The notes under the pieces were generated by a model. It was not told the origin of the DNA. It did not search any database and saw nothing but the letters and a program-made list of their open reading frames with translations. DNA of 64,000 bases from Hyphochytrium catenoides. Its lineage: Eukaryota; Protista; Hyphochytriomycota. The translations under genes and the position numbers were made by a program. How positions within the stretch are numbered: the first letter of the stretch is position 1; the number at the start of each line of letters is the position of its first letter. Location of the stretch: positions 57,402 through 121,401 of the forward strand of contig FLMG01000943.1 in NCBI GenBank assembly GCA_900088475.1, written 5' to 3'. Positions 11,701-25,300 of the stretch are shown piece after piece.

Positions 11701-14700
11701 ATCCATGAACCTCAGAGAAAACTCAATTAAGCTTGCTTCACTGAGTCAACCCTGTCTCAACGAGGCGCAGTTCAACGAGGACGGTGTTAGTCCTTGTCTA
11801 TTATTTGCTGAAGAAGCGGACACCACTTACAGAACAACCACCACTACTAAAACGGAAGCAGCCTTGATCATGGTTCTATGTCCCCGGTCTAAAATAAGAA
11901 AGTACTCTGCAAAAGGTTGCCTTTATTGTAGGGAGAGGGAGGAAGGATTATAGAGGTCGAAACAAACGATGCGCTGAGTAGAGGGAGAGTGAGGGAGCGT
12001 GCCAACTCTAGAGGCTTCCACCAGCGACAGTCGCAGGTGTCCATACTCACCTGTCGCACATACTCAGTCGTCGTCATCATTGCAGCTATATTGTACTAAG
12101 GCCCATAGACGACATATCACTACTCTATTCAGATTTCTGTCACATATCAGCAGGGCGCAGTAGCAATTAGGGTACTTGTCAGGATTGTAGTTCTACGCTA
12201 CCTACTTTGTTGTTGGTGATCGAGCTGTAAGGAACAGAAGGAACTACTTTTTAGATGTCGTGATCAACCTCGAGTCTATAATAGGCCAGCTCCTTTTGAA
12301 GAAGTAGTTCTATATCTACTGCAAGAGCCAGGCAACACAAGAGTAGTAATAATGAGAATATATTCGGAAGGAAAGGTCTAATCCCCCACCAAAAAGCCTC
12401 TGCTAGAGAGGAAAGGCAGCCGCGATCACACTGCAGTCTCTAAATAATTGTACGTCGTAGTACGCGTAGAGCCCACTGATCTGCCTCCTAGGAGGAGCGG
12501 TTGCTGCTGGGCTTATGTTTGCACAAGAATACCTTCGCCTGTCCTCCATTGGCCCTCCTGGATAATCGCTTGTTTACATTTCCGACACTTTTAGCCTACC
12601 TCCAAATAACAGTAAGGTAGTTTATCGCTAAAAGGGCACTGCTACAGCTACTGTCATAACAGTCACAAGCAGATTGAAGATTGAGGACGCACCCACTTCT
12701 TGTAGAAGTAAGAGCTTCCGGGACGGAATGGAACAAGTTTGGAGAACATGCCCTTCGTCGTCGCAGTACAGACTGTCATAGCAAGTGAAGGGGAGGAAGG
12801 ACGGAGCTACAAATACGGGGCCGTCTAAGATACCAGCACCCAATCTAAGAATTCTCCCGTCTTATCTAGTTCACTCTTCTCATGCAGCTGAGTCAGAAGC
12901 TGCATAAAGAAGGCAGAGTCCTTTTTCTCTGTTTACAGAACATAGGGACTGTTGTTTGTAAGACGAAATCAAGGTTCATAATGTTATGGCCTTCCCTTTG
13001 CTTTTCCCCCAGCCTGAAGCATCAGCTAGAGGGGGCCAGTTTTCCCCCTCCAGCTGAGAAAGGACAGTGCATCACTGGGAACAAGTCCCAAGCCTAAATA
13101 ACGTATTGAGCACCACTAGTTGAACAGCCATAATGAAAGCGTACAACTGTCAGTATAGTTCTATGTGGGCTTTGGAGAAGGGGCCAAGCAGAGTCCATTG
13201 TATGATTCTAGCTGTCCTCACTAGAGGGCAGTGAAGGAGAGCATGGAATGACTGAAGAAGAAAACAATGGAACAGCTAAGACTTAGTTCTATGGGGTCGT
13301 CAGAGGTCACCCGACACACTTAACCTTCTGAACTTTCCTTCTGATGATACTGGAGAAAACAACCTTAACAAAGACCTATTCACTATCAGTGTATAGCATC
13401 AGCCATGAGGGGCTGGGGCGGGTGGGAAAGTGCAGGAAAGATCAGGTAGGAAACATGCAACAGCGCAACAGCTGAGAACTCCCAACATTAAGTGCAAGCC
13501 CAGGACCATTCCGTCAAGTCCTAACAGACAGACACCATTAGTACGGTAACAATGTATTAAGCCGTGTTACTACGGTCGTCTTGAAGATGACGAGCAGGAA
13601 TACGGTGGAAGCGGGTGGCATGAGGAACGAGACGTCACTCCTAAGAGCAGAGTGATGCAGCCGACCGTTGATGACAGAGGGTGAGGAGGCGAAAAACCGT
13701 TCCAAAAGCCAGGACGGAAGCTCCTGGTACCATCAAAACGGGACCATAAAATTGGTCTGCGGCAGCACATGTTCTGCCTCCTTTTCCTCCTGATGTTTCG
13801 AAGCCGAGACTAGCTGAACAGTTGTCTTCGTTTCTCCTCCCTGCCTGACCTGACAGCAGCAGAAAGAAGCCGCTTCTAGATTCAGACTTCAGATATAGAG
13901 AGATAGTAAAAGAAAAATAGAATTGTGGGCCGCTCTCCTACCTCCTGTGGCCAATCGGCCAGCTCAGCAGAAGAGTCGCTTATAATCGATTCTTCCCTAC
14001 TCTTCTTGCACACGCGAAGCCGCGCTGCGTCGCGAAGAGTGCGCCTCTCAGGAGATTGACCACTTGTCCTTAGTTCTTCGCCAAGGTATGCGCACCACTT
14101 CAACGTTATCACTTGACGAACGACAAACGGCGCTAGAAGGAGCGATCTCCTCTGTCAAGCAGTTGACCCTCGCAGCTTCTTCTGGTGAGTTCCTACTATT
14201 CTTTGGCCAACCACTTGCTACCTGTAGAACCTATACTATCTCCACCTCTAACTTAAACTGGCAAAGCTAACCTGGAAACCATCAACTTGATCTCATATCT
14301 TTTTTTAGAAAGAGGCAAGAGATGTTAAAGGTTACAGGTAGACCGCATGAGCTGCGGAGCCCTCGTGGTCTACCGCGGAGAAGTGACTAGCAAAGCACGT
14401 GACGAGGAGCTCTGAAGGACAGGTCTACAGCCCCTGGCCTCAGGAGACTGTTGCTCTTCAATAGGGGAGAACTGACCACCCTACCATACGGTATAAACAA
14501 GACCCGGCAAGGGCCGCGGTCCGCTCTTGCTGGACTAAACGTAGTTGACTTGAAGCTATATAATATATTGAGCCATGCATAGCAACCATGGAGACGGAGA
14601 AGGTAAATTTTTCTCTCGGTCCCAGTTATTTCAGCACCTCTAATTCTATTCACGGCAGCTTCTTACTTAGTCTGGCTTTCACTTCTTGCTACTTGCCACG

Positions 14701-14925
14701 GCAGTGGACAACCACCGAAGGAACCTAACGGAAGCTGTTATAGTGGAGTTAGACCGCTAGCAGTTATGATGATATATATTGCCATATATTCTCCGTTTAA
14801 GGTCCTTGTTGGGTTCAATCCTCCGAAGGTCACTGTTTTAGTTGAATCTAACCAGTAAATGAACCTTAAATCCCTTAGGAGAGCCTTCGACAAGGAGAAT
14901 ACGGAGGCAGGTCAACACTAGCACA

Positions 14926-15865
14926 ATGGAAGAAAGGACTGACTACTCCATTCGCATGCAATGGCAAGGCAGCTCGCGAGGATATGCCAATAAGGCAGGC
15001 GAAAGATGGGGAGCCCAAAGTATCAGAGGCAGGGAAGAGTGGTCTGAAAACTATCACTCGCCAGTGCATAGGAAGGAAGAGTGTCTATCTCTACCTCCGT
15101 CCGCGGATTCAAGGAAGAATCAAACGTCTCCTCGTGTTTCGCCTTTGCAGAGTGCTCAGGTTGGCGTTCGTTTCTCGCTTTATGACTCCGAAATGGCAAG
15201 GACGGAAGAGAGCGGTGTTAGAGATGAGAGACTACTTTCACCATCCATTGGGAAGTCAACTTCAATCGTACGGCCAGTACGGATAGACAGAACTGCAATT
15301 ATTGGTTTGGAAGAACCTGGCCCCCTGGTCTCTCAGACATCAGAGGTAGAGGAAACGAGAAAATTTTCTATGGACTCTCAAGCATGTACTAGAGGATTGA
15401 AAAGGCAATCGCGGCGGTTGACTGATAACTATAGACAACACGCAAATTTCGAAGCTAGTGCAGACGAACGGCAGCCTAAACAAGCGTCTATCCCGCAGAC
15501 GAGCCAACCTATCAACCTTAATACGGCCCTGCCTGCTGGTGCCGCCGAAATGCCAACCAGGGGAATGGGTGCTCCCTCTAACCATGATCAGAGCTTCCCC
15601 AAGAAGCGGAAGGGTGTGAAACACAAGCCTTGTAAGTCNNNNNNNNNNNNNNNNNNNNNNNNNNNNNNNNNNNNNNNNNNNNNNNNNNNNNNNNNNNNNN
15701 NNNTGCGTCGAGGATTGCAATAAGCACGCGGTAAAGGAGGGAATGTGCCGGCGGCACTACTTATCCATTATTCGCACCTGTTCCAGGGAAGGGTGTCAAA
15801 GATATGCCAAGAAGAATGGAGAGTGCCTTAGACACAGCAACGGATCTGATGAGGACACAAGTTGA
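14926..15865 (+). CDS. Protein with C-terminal C-x4-C-x9-C-x2-H zinc-finger repeats (WRKY19-like, stramenopile type); 5' end uncertain
   Basis: After the 65-N gap a frame reads CVEDCNKHAVKEGMCRRH-YLSIIRT-CSREGCQRYAKKNGECLRH...TGA at 15863-15865. Before the gap is PKKRKGVKHKPCK (NLS-like, then the first Cys). The frame offset across the gap is probably a gap-size error. Confidence 0.8.
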
Positions 15866-17040
15866 GAATATGGTTGACAATTGTAGGTCCTGCGGGTGCC
15901 TGCTTCGAAGAGAGGTAAAGTCTAAGTGACGCACAACCATGATGGGAAGAGATCCACATCATGGAACAAAAGCATAAGAAGGGAGAAATCTCATTCTCTT
16001 AAGGCTTTTTGATACAATCATAATGGTGGCGATATGACTATATTGTTTGTCGAAAAGAGCACAACAAAGCTGTTAGCACAGGAGCGTAAGCAATTGAGCG
16101 GTCCATATTCCCTTACTTCGAATTCTCAAGGTCTTGGCAGCTCTATGACGGTCCTATTAGTGCAGCTTAGAAGTAGAGTCGATCTAGCATAGACTCTGGT
16201 GCCGCCCCCCCCCCCNNGCCTCGTAAACAATTACTGATTTTACGGTAAGAAGGAGCAACGAAGGCGTATGCTTTTCGAGCTTCGTAAAATGGGAAGGTTG
16301 TAGCAGTCAGGCAAGCCATCCTTATCATCACTTCCAGATCTAGCAGATGTGTGGACCCACCATCGCATTGTAAGCCAGCAAAGTTGACATACGATCTCTC
16401 AAGGAAAGAGTTAGAAATAAGTAGATTTCGAGAAATTTTGCCTGATAGGACTATGGCGTCAAGAGTTGACTAATACGAAGCTGGGGCAATAATGTCATGG
16501 TGGTGTTGTGGGGTGACTTGCAGATCCGCCTCTGTCCTGAGATATTAGTAAATATTTTCCCCATTTCATCCCGCTACGTGTCGTCGTTATATCACGTATG
16601 TAGTATGGGACCCTAATAATAGCAGGAAGCCCTTGTCATGTAAGTAGGGCAAGGAGTACTGGTGATTAGAGGTGGGTCTAAGATGCGGGCACCGATAGCA
16701 TCAGCGTTCGATTGTTGCATACTCCGTCGTTAACTTCGCTCTTCCTCGTGTTTAGTTCGTCCAGAGGAGGCGTTATGATATCGACGACGCAAGTGATCAT
16801 ATATAGTAGGCAGCAATCAGCACGGATACGGATATTAGAGAAGAAGAGACCCTATGGAGAAGACGTGGTAAGACAAAAGGATAGACTTTGCCGCGATTGA
16901 TTAAAAAGCTAAAATGATGAGGTAGATGAGAAGAAGTAAGGTATAGGAGCGAGACAGTAACTAACGACAGGAGCGGAGAGTAATAGAAAGGTGATGATCT
17001 CTGAAAGCATAAGTCTTCCGTACTAGTGACTGGCGATATC

Positions 17041-17262
17041 ATCCTGCCAGGACATTTATTCGGCCAGTCCGGCCAGTATGAGAGGAGGAAAGATAGAGGA
17101 AAAAAAGGGCTCCGTCTGTCCAGGAAGGATATCGTCTTGACTGACAGTCTACCTCATCCTGCCCGGACATGTATTGGGCCAGTCCGGCCAGTGATGAGAG
17201 AGGAGAAAAGATACAGGAAAAATAGGGCTCCGTCTGTCCAGGAACGATATCGTCTTGACTGA
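17041..17262. repeat. Two-copy ~115-bp tandem duplication
   Basis: atcctgcc.ggacat.tatt.ggccagtccggccagt...gggctccgtctgtccaggaa.gatatcgtcttgactga at 17041-17144 and 17156-17262. Confidence 0.92.
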
Positions 17263-17455
17263 GAAAGGAAAACGGCCATCCTCCGCACAATATTATGGAT
17301 CTTCATGCTGAAGGATAACACTATGATTGTGGGCTTAATTGCTGAAACTGCTGCGGATGCTCGATTATCGAAGCACCTCATAATCCACTGTTGTGCCTCC
17401 GCTTCTGGGTTTGCTCTTCAGGCCAATTACCTGCTAGCTTTTCTTTCCTCCATGG

Positions 17456-18196
17456 GGACTCGATCCTGACAGCGAAGGGCATAAGCAAATGGATGAAGAG
17501 GAGCTCAATCAGGGACCAAATGCCTCGATAGAGGAAGGACAAAAGGAACGGAGACATATGATCTGCAGAGAATGGTTATAGCAGAAAGGGTGACTTAATG
17601 AGAACATGACCAAGGTTACCAAGGTTGGGTGCAGGCAGCAAGGGGACACGAGCTGTCTGAGAGACAAAGAGCGTCGTGTCCCAGAGGATAAAAGACGATG
17701 CCGAGAGAAGCGAGTTCCAAAGCAAGAAACACAGCATAAGGTGGGAAGGTGCGTCGAGAGAGGTAGGAAGACTTCGTGATATGTGGAACTGCAGATGATA
17801 CACGAACGGTGTGAAAAAGAGATGAAAAGAAGGAAGCTAGCAGAAGAAGGGCAACGGCAGCGAGAAAAAAGGTATGAACGCAAACACGCGGGACGACGGA
17901 AAGTCAGCGAAGTAATAAGGGGAATGACGGGGCAGGAAGGGAAAGAAGTAGTTGCGTAATGAAAGGACGTAAATGAAAGAACTCCTGAGAGACAGAGAGA
18001 GCATCAAATAGGCATCGGCGCTGACCTTTCTCGTCTTACGCCCATGAAGGAAGACCACAATGATGGGTACAATATTTCAGCCTCGTCCACCTCGCTAATA
18101 TCAACGTCTGAGCACTCCAATGAGAGGTTGTGCCGTACTAGCATTACTGCAAAGAGCACCAGTTTGAGGCAGACGTTGACAAATCAAGGCACCTAG
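17456..18196 (+). pseudogene. Possible decayed E/R/K-rich coding sequence
   Basis: One frame of ~245 codons reads DPDSEGHKQMDEEELNQG...ERCEKEMKRRKLAEEGQRQREKRYERK... with 5 internal stops. Confidence 0.35.
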
Positions 18197-21100
18197 TCTT
18201 TGCTTTCAGTCAGGCGATGAGGTTTCAACCCAGACAACCTTTGAAAGCAATCTGAACCCTTGTTGCTGGTTGTATCCGTTAGTTGTAGGTGGCCCACCAC
18301 CTGTAATAGCAATGAGTGGATGGGTTAAATGAACCTGTTGGCCGATTACACGCCCTGCATCGGAGGGTGGGTGCAAGCAGATGCATCTGGAAGAATTGAA
18401 GGAAAGTAGGTCGTTTAAAACGAAGAAAGATACGGCTCCTCTTACACATGGAGCCAGAAGAAGAAGAGTATGAGGTTCCGAGACGCAGCAAAGGGCAAAG
18501 TGTTGCCAAGGAACATAAAGGCGAAGACGAGGATACTAACTGTGGGCAAGTAGTAGTTCTTTCTCACCTGTGGTGTACTTTCCTACCGTCCCCTCTCGAG
18601 TAGCACATGTTCACAATATTGTAGACAATGACAGGCGATAGCTTGGATCAAGGTGTCCATGAGTCATGTCATACGACGGAAAAAACGAAGAAGAGGAGGC
18701 TTATGCTCAGGAAAATGAGAAGATATGAGGGGTCTCACGTTCGTCCAAGCCGTCGCTGGAGCCAACAGAAAGTGAAGAAGCAGAACAAAACAATCAAACA
18801 TCGGGAGTGTACTGGCTATACCGTCTACTAACACTGCTCATAGAGTTTGTTAGAGTCATAGCACAAATAAGAACCCCCATGGTCATCTAGACGTTGTGTC
18901 GAGTATAGCAGCTTAAGAACCGTGATCTGTCTCCTTACATCTTTCCTTTGTCCGTCGGCTCTATGAGATCTGTGATTGCTCATCATTCACGCGACTGCGA
19001 CCCAGCTCTGGAGCAGATCTAAGAGCAATAGTAGCTTGTCCTTCACATGGAACTCATTCCAAGGTCAAATTTGTGCCGACATTGCGTTGGTAGGCTTGCC
19101 CCTGTTCCTTAGTAGAATAAAGAGAGCAGAGGAGGGCCGATTAAATGGATAAAGTGGCTCTGCTCTCTTCGAAATTTATCCTACTAGCGTGCAGTTTTCC
19201 TCTAATCCTCTCCTTGTTCACTAAAAGGGCTATTCCCGACAAATAAGCTAGTTAGCATTAGATGACTCAAACCGATATTCCAAGGTTCAATAGCATTCTG
19301 CGCAAGTTTAATAGCAACATAATACTGACCAGAAAGCTCCTAGCGACAGGTACTATCCCGTGTGACTGTCTGCCGTCTGGATTCGCTACCATCATGAGAG
19401 ACTGTTGCCTGGGTTCGCTGGGATCATGAACAGCTGAACTCACCTCATGACCTATCTATCGCTCGTTTATTCTTTAGCTTCCTTAGCGCCGTATGTTTGA
19501 TCAGGGATGAACGCGGACGACTGGAATGAATGTCGGTTAGGGCTTTGAGGTGTTATGTTTATGACCCCTACTTGAGAGCGACTTTATGTACCTCTTTCCT
19601 GCAGGAAGCTCCGGCCCTATTATGGGCGTTCTGTTCTTGGGAAGTCGTTCCTGCCAAGCCTGGAGAGGTGATAAGTCGAGCAGCAACTGCGTGGAGTATC
19701 TAGATGTTCCCTCGATAATCTTTCGACAAGGCATCGAAGAGGTGATGAGCTCCCTTTAGAAAAGTAGTATAAGCATCATGTGGCGGCCCCACGCCGTCAC
19801 CTGCGATGGGAGCTTACAGTAACAGCAAGGATCGCGTTTCCTTGTTGCCGTCTTGCTTTTTATTGCTCTCTTCATCTGCCGCCGGTATCACCCGTGAGTT
19901 CTCCAGCCACATTATCAAATTGGTCAAGACCACTGCCCTCCTGTCTACCATCATCCTCAGCCCGCTCCTTGCTTTCTGCCAGCGTACGGTGGCTTGGCGA
20001 TTTATGTACTTCTAAACATGTTATTCCTGCTGCTCTGTTTCAGTACACCGCTTTTCTAGCAGAATTGGATCAGATAATATAGACTTTTCGGACTCGTGAA
20101 TAACTAATGGACAACCACCATAGTAGTAATAAATGTGCTACCCTTTCATGATCTAGTTGCTCTACGGGCCTGTCCCTGCCCATCAGTGAAATTTTGTCAA
20201 GTTGGAGTTTTATAAATGCGGAAAAGTCCTTTGGGAAGACATAGAGTACAAGATCAGGAGCAAGAGAGGCCTCGAGATAAACAAAGGATGAACGTCCCCC
20301 AAATAAGGAGGCAAAAGTGGAGATACTACGTATGGGGGTATGGGACAAAAGTTCTAAGGAGTTGTCGGTCTTCTTGTGCTAATCATAATAAAAGAAGTCG
20401 AGAGTCCTGGTTGGAAACAAAAGGCGAAGCACTGCCATGTGGTGGTTCGAAGTGACTATATTTTAAGTGCCATTCCAATGTTTCTTCTCTACTGAGCAAG
20501 GCGGCATTGATAAGAAAGTATCGGTAGAAAGAAGGTAGTTCTAGATGCTTCGAGTTCCTTGGATATTTTTGGCCTCTTCTACCCTAATACATCCTAATAA
20601 CGTAGTACCTCGTTGCCAAACTGAAGAGAGGCGGGTGTAGCGTGGGGTTGTCGGTTGAAGTACTAACTGGAGCTATATACCGGGAGCTTGTTGATTGGTG
20701 GTACTCGTACCCTTCTCTCTTCTCACTTCCCTTCAAGGATTGGTCCAATCTCGACCGTACGAGTGAGCTTCTTTCCCCGAGGACTTCCTGGTGGCAATAA
20801 TTCCTGACTGCTACGGAGGTAGAAATGGGATGAAGGGATACAACAGGTATAAAGCACTCAGCGGTCAATGTGCTGAGTTGCGGAGTCCAGCAGTCTTGTG
20901 TAGAAGAGAACTCGGGACTGGGTAGGACCAGTCGTTCTACTAGTTCCTCCAGCCGTCGCCACCCACCATTAGCTGCCGATGTCCCACCCAGACCATTCAT
21001 GCGTCGTCAGTCATCAAAAACCCATAATCTGCAAAATTGCGTTTGTTTTCAGAAATTTATTGCTTTTTTGGTTGGGTGGGGAAGCCACAGAGAAGTCCTT

Positions 21101-22340
21101 ATGCTGGAGAATAAAGTAGATGATTGGTTCCAAGAGTCTTGCGCGGAACTGGAGAACGTGCTGGACGATCGCTTCCGTTCTGCGACTTTTTATTTTGTTT
21201 TTCTTCGTAGAGTTCTCTTCCATTTTTGATTCGCCTCCTTGCCCCTGGTTGGTGATTGCTGAAGGAGCGGAAGCGGAGACCATCTTGGCCAAATGTCCTA
21301 CGCATCACTCCTGCTCAGTGCCCAGCAATTTTTACTTGTAGTAAGCCTCTGTCAGCTCCTCTGTCGCGCTGTGTTTATAAAAAGATGAAAAATTTACATT
21401 ACAAAGTACTTTACTTTGCTACTATACGCATTGTCCTTCAGAGAGATGGCGATGACTTGTCTGTGGCTAGTTTTCTGTCTATTGGCCACAGCACAAGACA
21501 CAGAAACTTCTCGTGAATGATGGCCATGCGACACTTGTGCTGACAAGTGATGAGCGAGCGCGACACCACTTGCGCTTATTAGTCCTACGTTTCTACTCAA
21601 ACCTGCGTTTTTTCTCTACGCGGCTACGTCTCGGACAGCAATCTGCTAAGAAGCAGCCGCCGCCTCGTGTCGCGAAGACCAAAATCAAACAGAGCAATCA
21701 TGGCGCCAGCTAGCCGACGGGACACACAGCAGCGAAAGTTTGCTTCTTATTAGTGCATCCTTTCTATCGTAATCTCCTCGCAAAAGTAGCTCGTTTGAAG
21801 TCATCAGGTCACATGTCGTCTGGGGTTGTAAGAAATCATAAGAGTTCGAACTCCTATGAATCACCCATCAACTTCTCCCCCTCCCTTCTTGGGCGCCCAC
21901 AAGATGCAGATTCCTTACGTTGCAGCTAGCACTTCGAGCTAGAACGCCGCTTTACTTACATGGATTCGACTCCAGCAACAAGGATGTGTCTACCTCATAG
22001 AGTAGTGGGCAAATGCTGCCGCAACCACTTTGAGTTTTCGTGCCAGCATTTCCTGCATCTGTTTGCAAGCTCTCGTGAACATGGCCGCAGGCGTCATATT
22101 TTACTCTGCTGCTTTTTATCTGCTAAAGATCAAAGCTGCTGCTCCAGATTCAATTCCAATCATGCAAACAACAACCAGCTCGGAACCAGCTCAGGCGTGA
22201 ACCATATTTAGTAAGACCGCGGGATCACAAAACGAGCTTTGCTCACCCGCTCTAAACGAAGCTTAAAAAGAGTTATCACCTCTGGCAAATCCTGTTAGAA
22301 CGGGAGTCACGACATTAAGCACTTGCTCGCCAACCCTTTT

Positions 22341-25300
22341 TGCTATAGTGGCCAGAGCAACCGATAATGTCTCCTGGTAAGTAAGACGTCTTTTTCTTGC
22401 TGGAGTTCGTTTGCTATATATCCTTGCCTACCGCGGGTTTACATCCATGATAATAGACTACTTGGGATATCCGCATGACCTCGATAGCCCTTTGGCGTCT
22501 ATTTGCGTAAAGAACATCAGTTCGGGCTTATATAGCACTCTTCCCATATTTCATAGCTCGCCTTTGTGAACCCTGATTTTCGCCCGTACCACGGAATGAG
22601 CTCTCATGCATAGATAATAACCTTCTTCTTTGTCTCCCTTATGAACCACCGCCCTTAGTATGATTGTGATGGGCCAGGCTTATGCTATCGTTGGCGAGAG
22701 AGACCGAAGATGTTCTCCAAGTGAGTAAGGCGTTTTATCTGTTGTTGGAGTTCCTTATTTGTCAGTACATCCTTGTGTATCACCGGTCTACATTCGTGGT
22801 AGCCTATTTAGGATATCCACATGATCTCGATAATTCTCTGTCCTCCATTGTTTGCGTAGCGAACATCTTTTCGGGCTTGTATAGCACTCTTCCGATATAT
22901 CATAGCTCGCAAAATCTGACTTTTTGTTGCGTGCGTACGTGATGAGTGACCTCTCATCATAGATTATAACCTTTTTAGTCTCCCCCTTATGGAGACCGCC
23001 CTTAATATGAGTGTGATAGGCGAGGGTTCGCTACTATCGTTGGCGAGAGAGACCGAAGAAAAGTTCTCCCGGTAAGTAGGGCGTTTATTCTGTTTGTTGC
23101 TAGAGTTTGTTTTCTTAACGTCGTCTATTACCGGTTCACATCCTATCACCCGCATGACCTCGCTAGTTCTCTGTCCTCCATTTTTGTGTAGCGAACATCA
23201 CTTCCGGCTTGAATAACGCTCTTTCCATAAAGTGTAGCTCGCTTTCCTTGAACCCTGGCAATTACTTGCGTCCCAGTGAATGAGCTCTCATCTCATACAT
23301 AATAACATTCTCGTCTTCTCCCTTATGAAGACCGCCACCCTTAGATATTACGAGTGTGATACGCACAGACTTATGCTATATTTGGCGAGAGAGACCAAAG
23401 ATGTTCTCCCGGTAAATAAGGCGATTTTTCTGTTGCTGGAGTTTATTATTCTAAGACATCGTCGTCTATCACCAGTTCACATCCATGATGGTCTAATTCC
23501 GATCAGCATGATCTCGGTACTTCTTTGCCCTCTTTTTGCGTAGCCAACAACATCACTTCGGGCTTTACATAGCACTCTTAAAAGTTGGTGCAGCTCGCTA
23601 TTCTTGAACTCTGGCTTTAACTTGCGTATAAGGAATAAGCCCTCCTCCCATAGATAATAACTTTTCTTTTGCTTTCCCTTATGAACCACCGCCATTAGTT
23701 TTCTATGCTATAGGTAGCGCGAGAGATTGACGATGTTCTCCGGGTAAGTAGGCTTTTTTTTCTGTTCCCTGGAGTTTTTAGTCACATACATGCTAGTCTA
23801 TCGCATGTTTACATCCGTGATTATGCTATAAGGATGCCCGCATGACCTCGATACTCCCTGTCCACCATTTTTGGCGTAGCGAACATTACTTCGGGCTTAT
23901 ATGCACTTTTTCATAAGTACTAACTCGCTTTTCTTGAACTATGGCTTTTGTTGCGTGAATGAGCCCTCATCTCATAGATAACAACTTTCCTTTTTCTCTC
24001 CGTCAAGAAGACTTCCTTAGTATGATTGAGCTTGAGTAATAGTGTGATAGGCCCAGGACTACCGCTATAATAGATGACGAAAGAGACCCAAGATGTTCTC
24101 CCGGTAAGTAAGGCGTTTTTTCCTTGTTGCTGGGGTTTATTATTCTAATACATCGGCTATCACCAGTTTACATCCATGATGGGCTTTTACGAAATCAGCG
24201 TGATCTCGACACTTTCTTGTCCTCTTTTTGCGTGACGAACATCACTTCGGGCTTACATAGCCGTCTTAAGATATGCCGCTCTTTTTTAACTTTGGCTTTC
24301 TTCACTTGCGTATCAGGGAATAAACTCTCAACCCATAATAGATAACAAACTTACGCGTTCTCCCTTATGAACACTACCCTTAGTATGAGTGTGATAGGCC
24401 CAGGCTTACGCTATAGGTGGCGACAGAGACCACAGAAGATCTTCTCCCGGTAAGTAAACCGTTTCTTCTATTGCTGGAGCTTACGTAATACAACCAGGCT
24501 ACATCAATGATAGGCTCTCTAGGATATCCGCATGATCTTGATGGTTCTCTGTCCACCACTTTTTGTCACTTCGGCTTAGATTGCACTCTTTTTACATATA
24601 TCATCGCTCGCTTTTCTTCAATCCTGGTTTTTTAAAATGCGCACCAGCGAATGGGCTCTCACCTCATGGATAACAACAAACTTTTTTTCTGTCTCCTGAA
24701 CACCGTCCTTATATGAATGTGATAGGCCCGGCCCGGCTTACCTTACATTAGGTGTAGAGAGAGACCGAAGATGTTCTCCCGGTAAGTAAGGCGTTTCTTC
24801 TGTTGCTGGAATTCACTTTATACATCGTCATCTATAAACAGTTTACATCTATAATGGGCTATTTAAGATATCCGTATGACCTCGATGTTTCTCTGTCCTC
24901 CACAAATTTTTGGCGTAGCGAAAATCGTTCCGGGTTTGTATGGCAGTCTTCCGATATAACATAGCTCTCTTTTCTTGAACGCTGCCTTTTGTTGCTTACC
25001 ACTAGTGAATGAGCTCTCGTCTCATAGATTATAATTTTCTTTTTTCTCTCCCTTAAAACACCGCGTCTAATTTGAGTGTGATGCGCCCAGGCCTATGCTA
25101 CTAGCTGGCGAGACCGAAGATGTTCTCCCGGTAAATAGGCGTTTTATCAGTGGTTGGAGTCCATTAGTTGTTAGTACATCCTGGTCTATCACCGCTTTAC
25201 ATCCATGATGGGCTAATTAGAATTGCCGCATGACCTCGATAGTTCTTTGTCCACCTCTTTTTGCGTAGGAACAACACTTCCGCTTATAGAGCACTCTTTC

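Noticed and set aside
8768-13800. Transposase or reverse-transcriptase remnants
   Set aside because: I found no DDE, YxDD, integrase or gag motifs, terminal inverted repeats or LTR pairs in the short ORFs
24700-24790. U1 snRNA (minus strand reads TACTTACCGGG)
   Set aside because: This is only the complement of the donor-like motif. The U1 loop I (GATCACGAAG) and loop II (ATTGCAC) motifs are absent.
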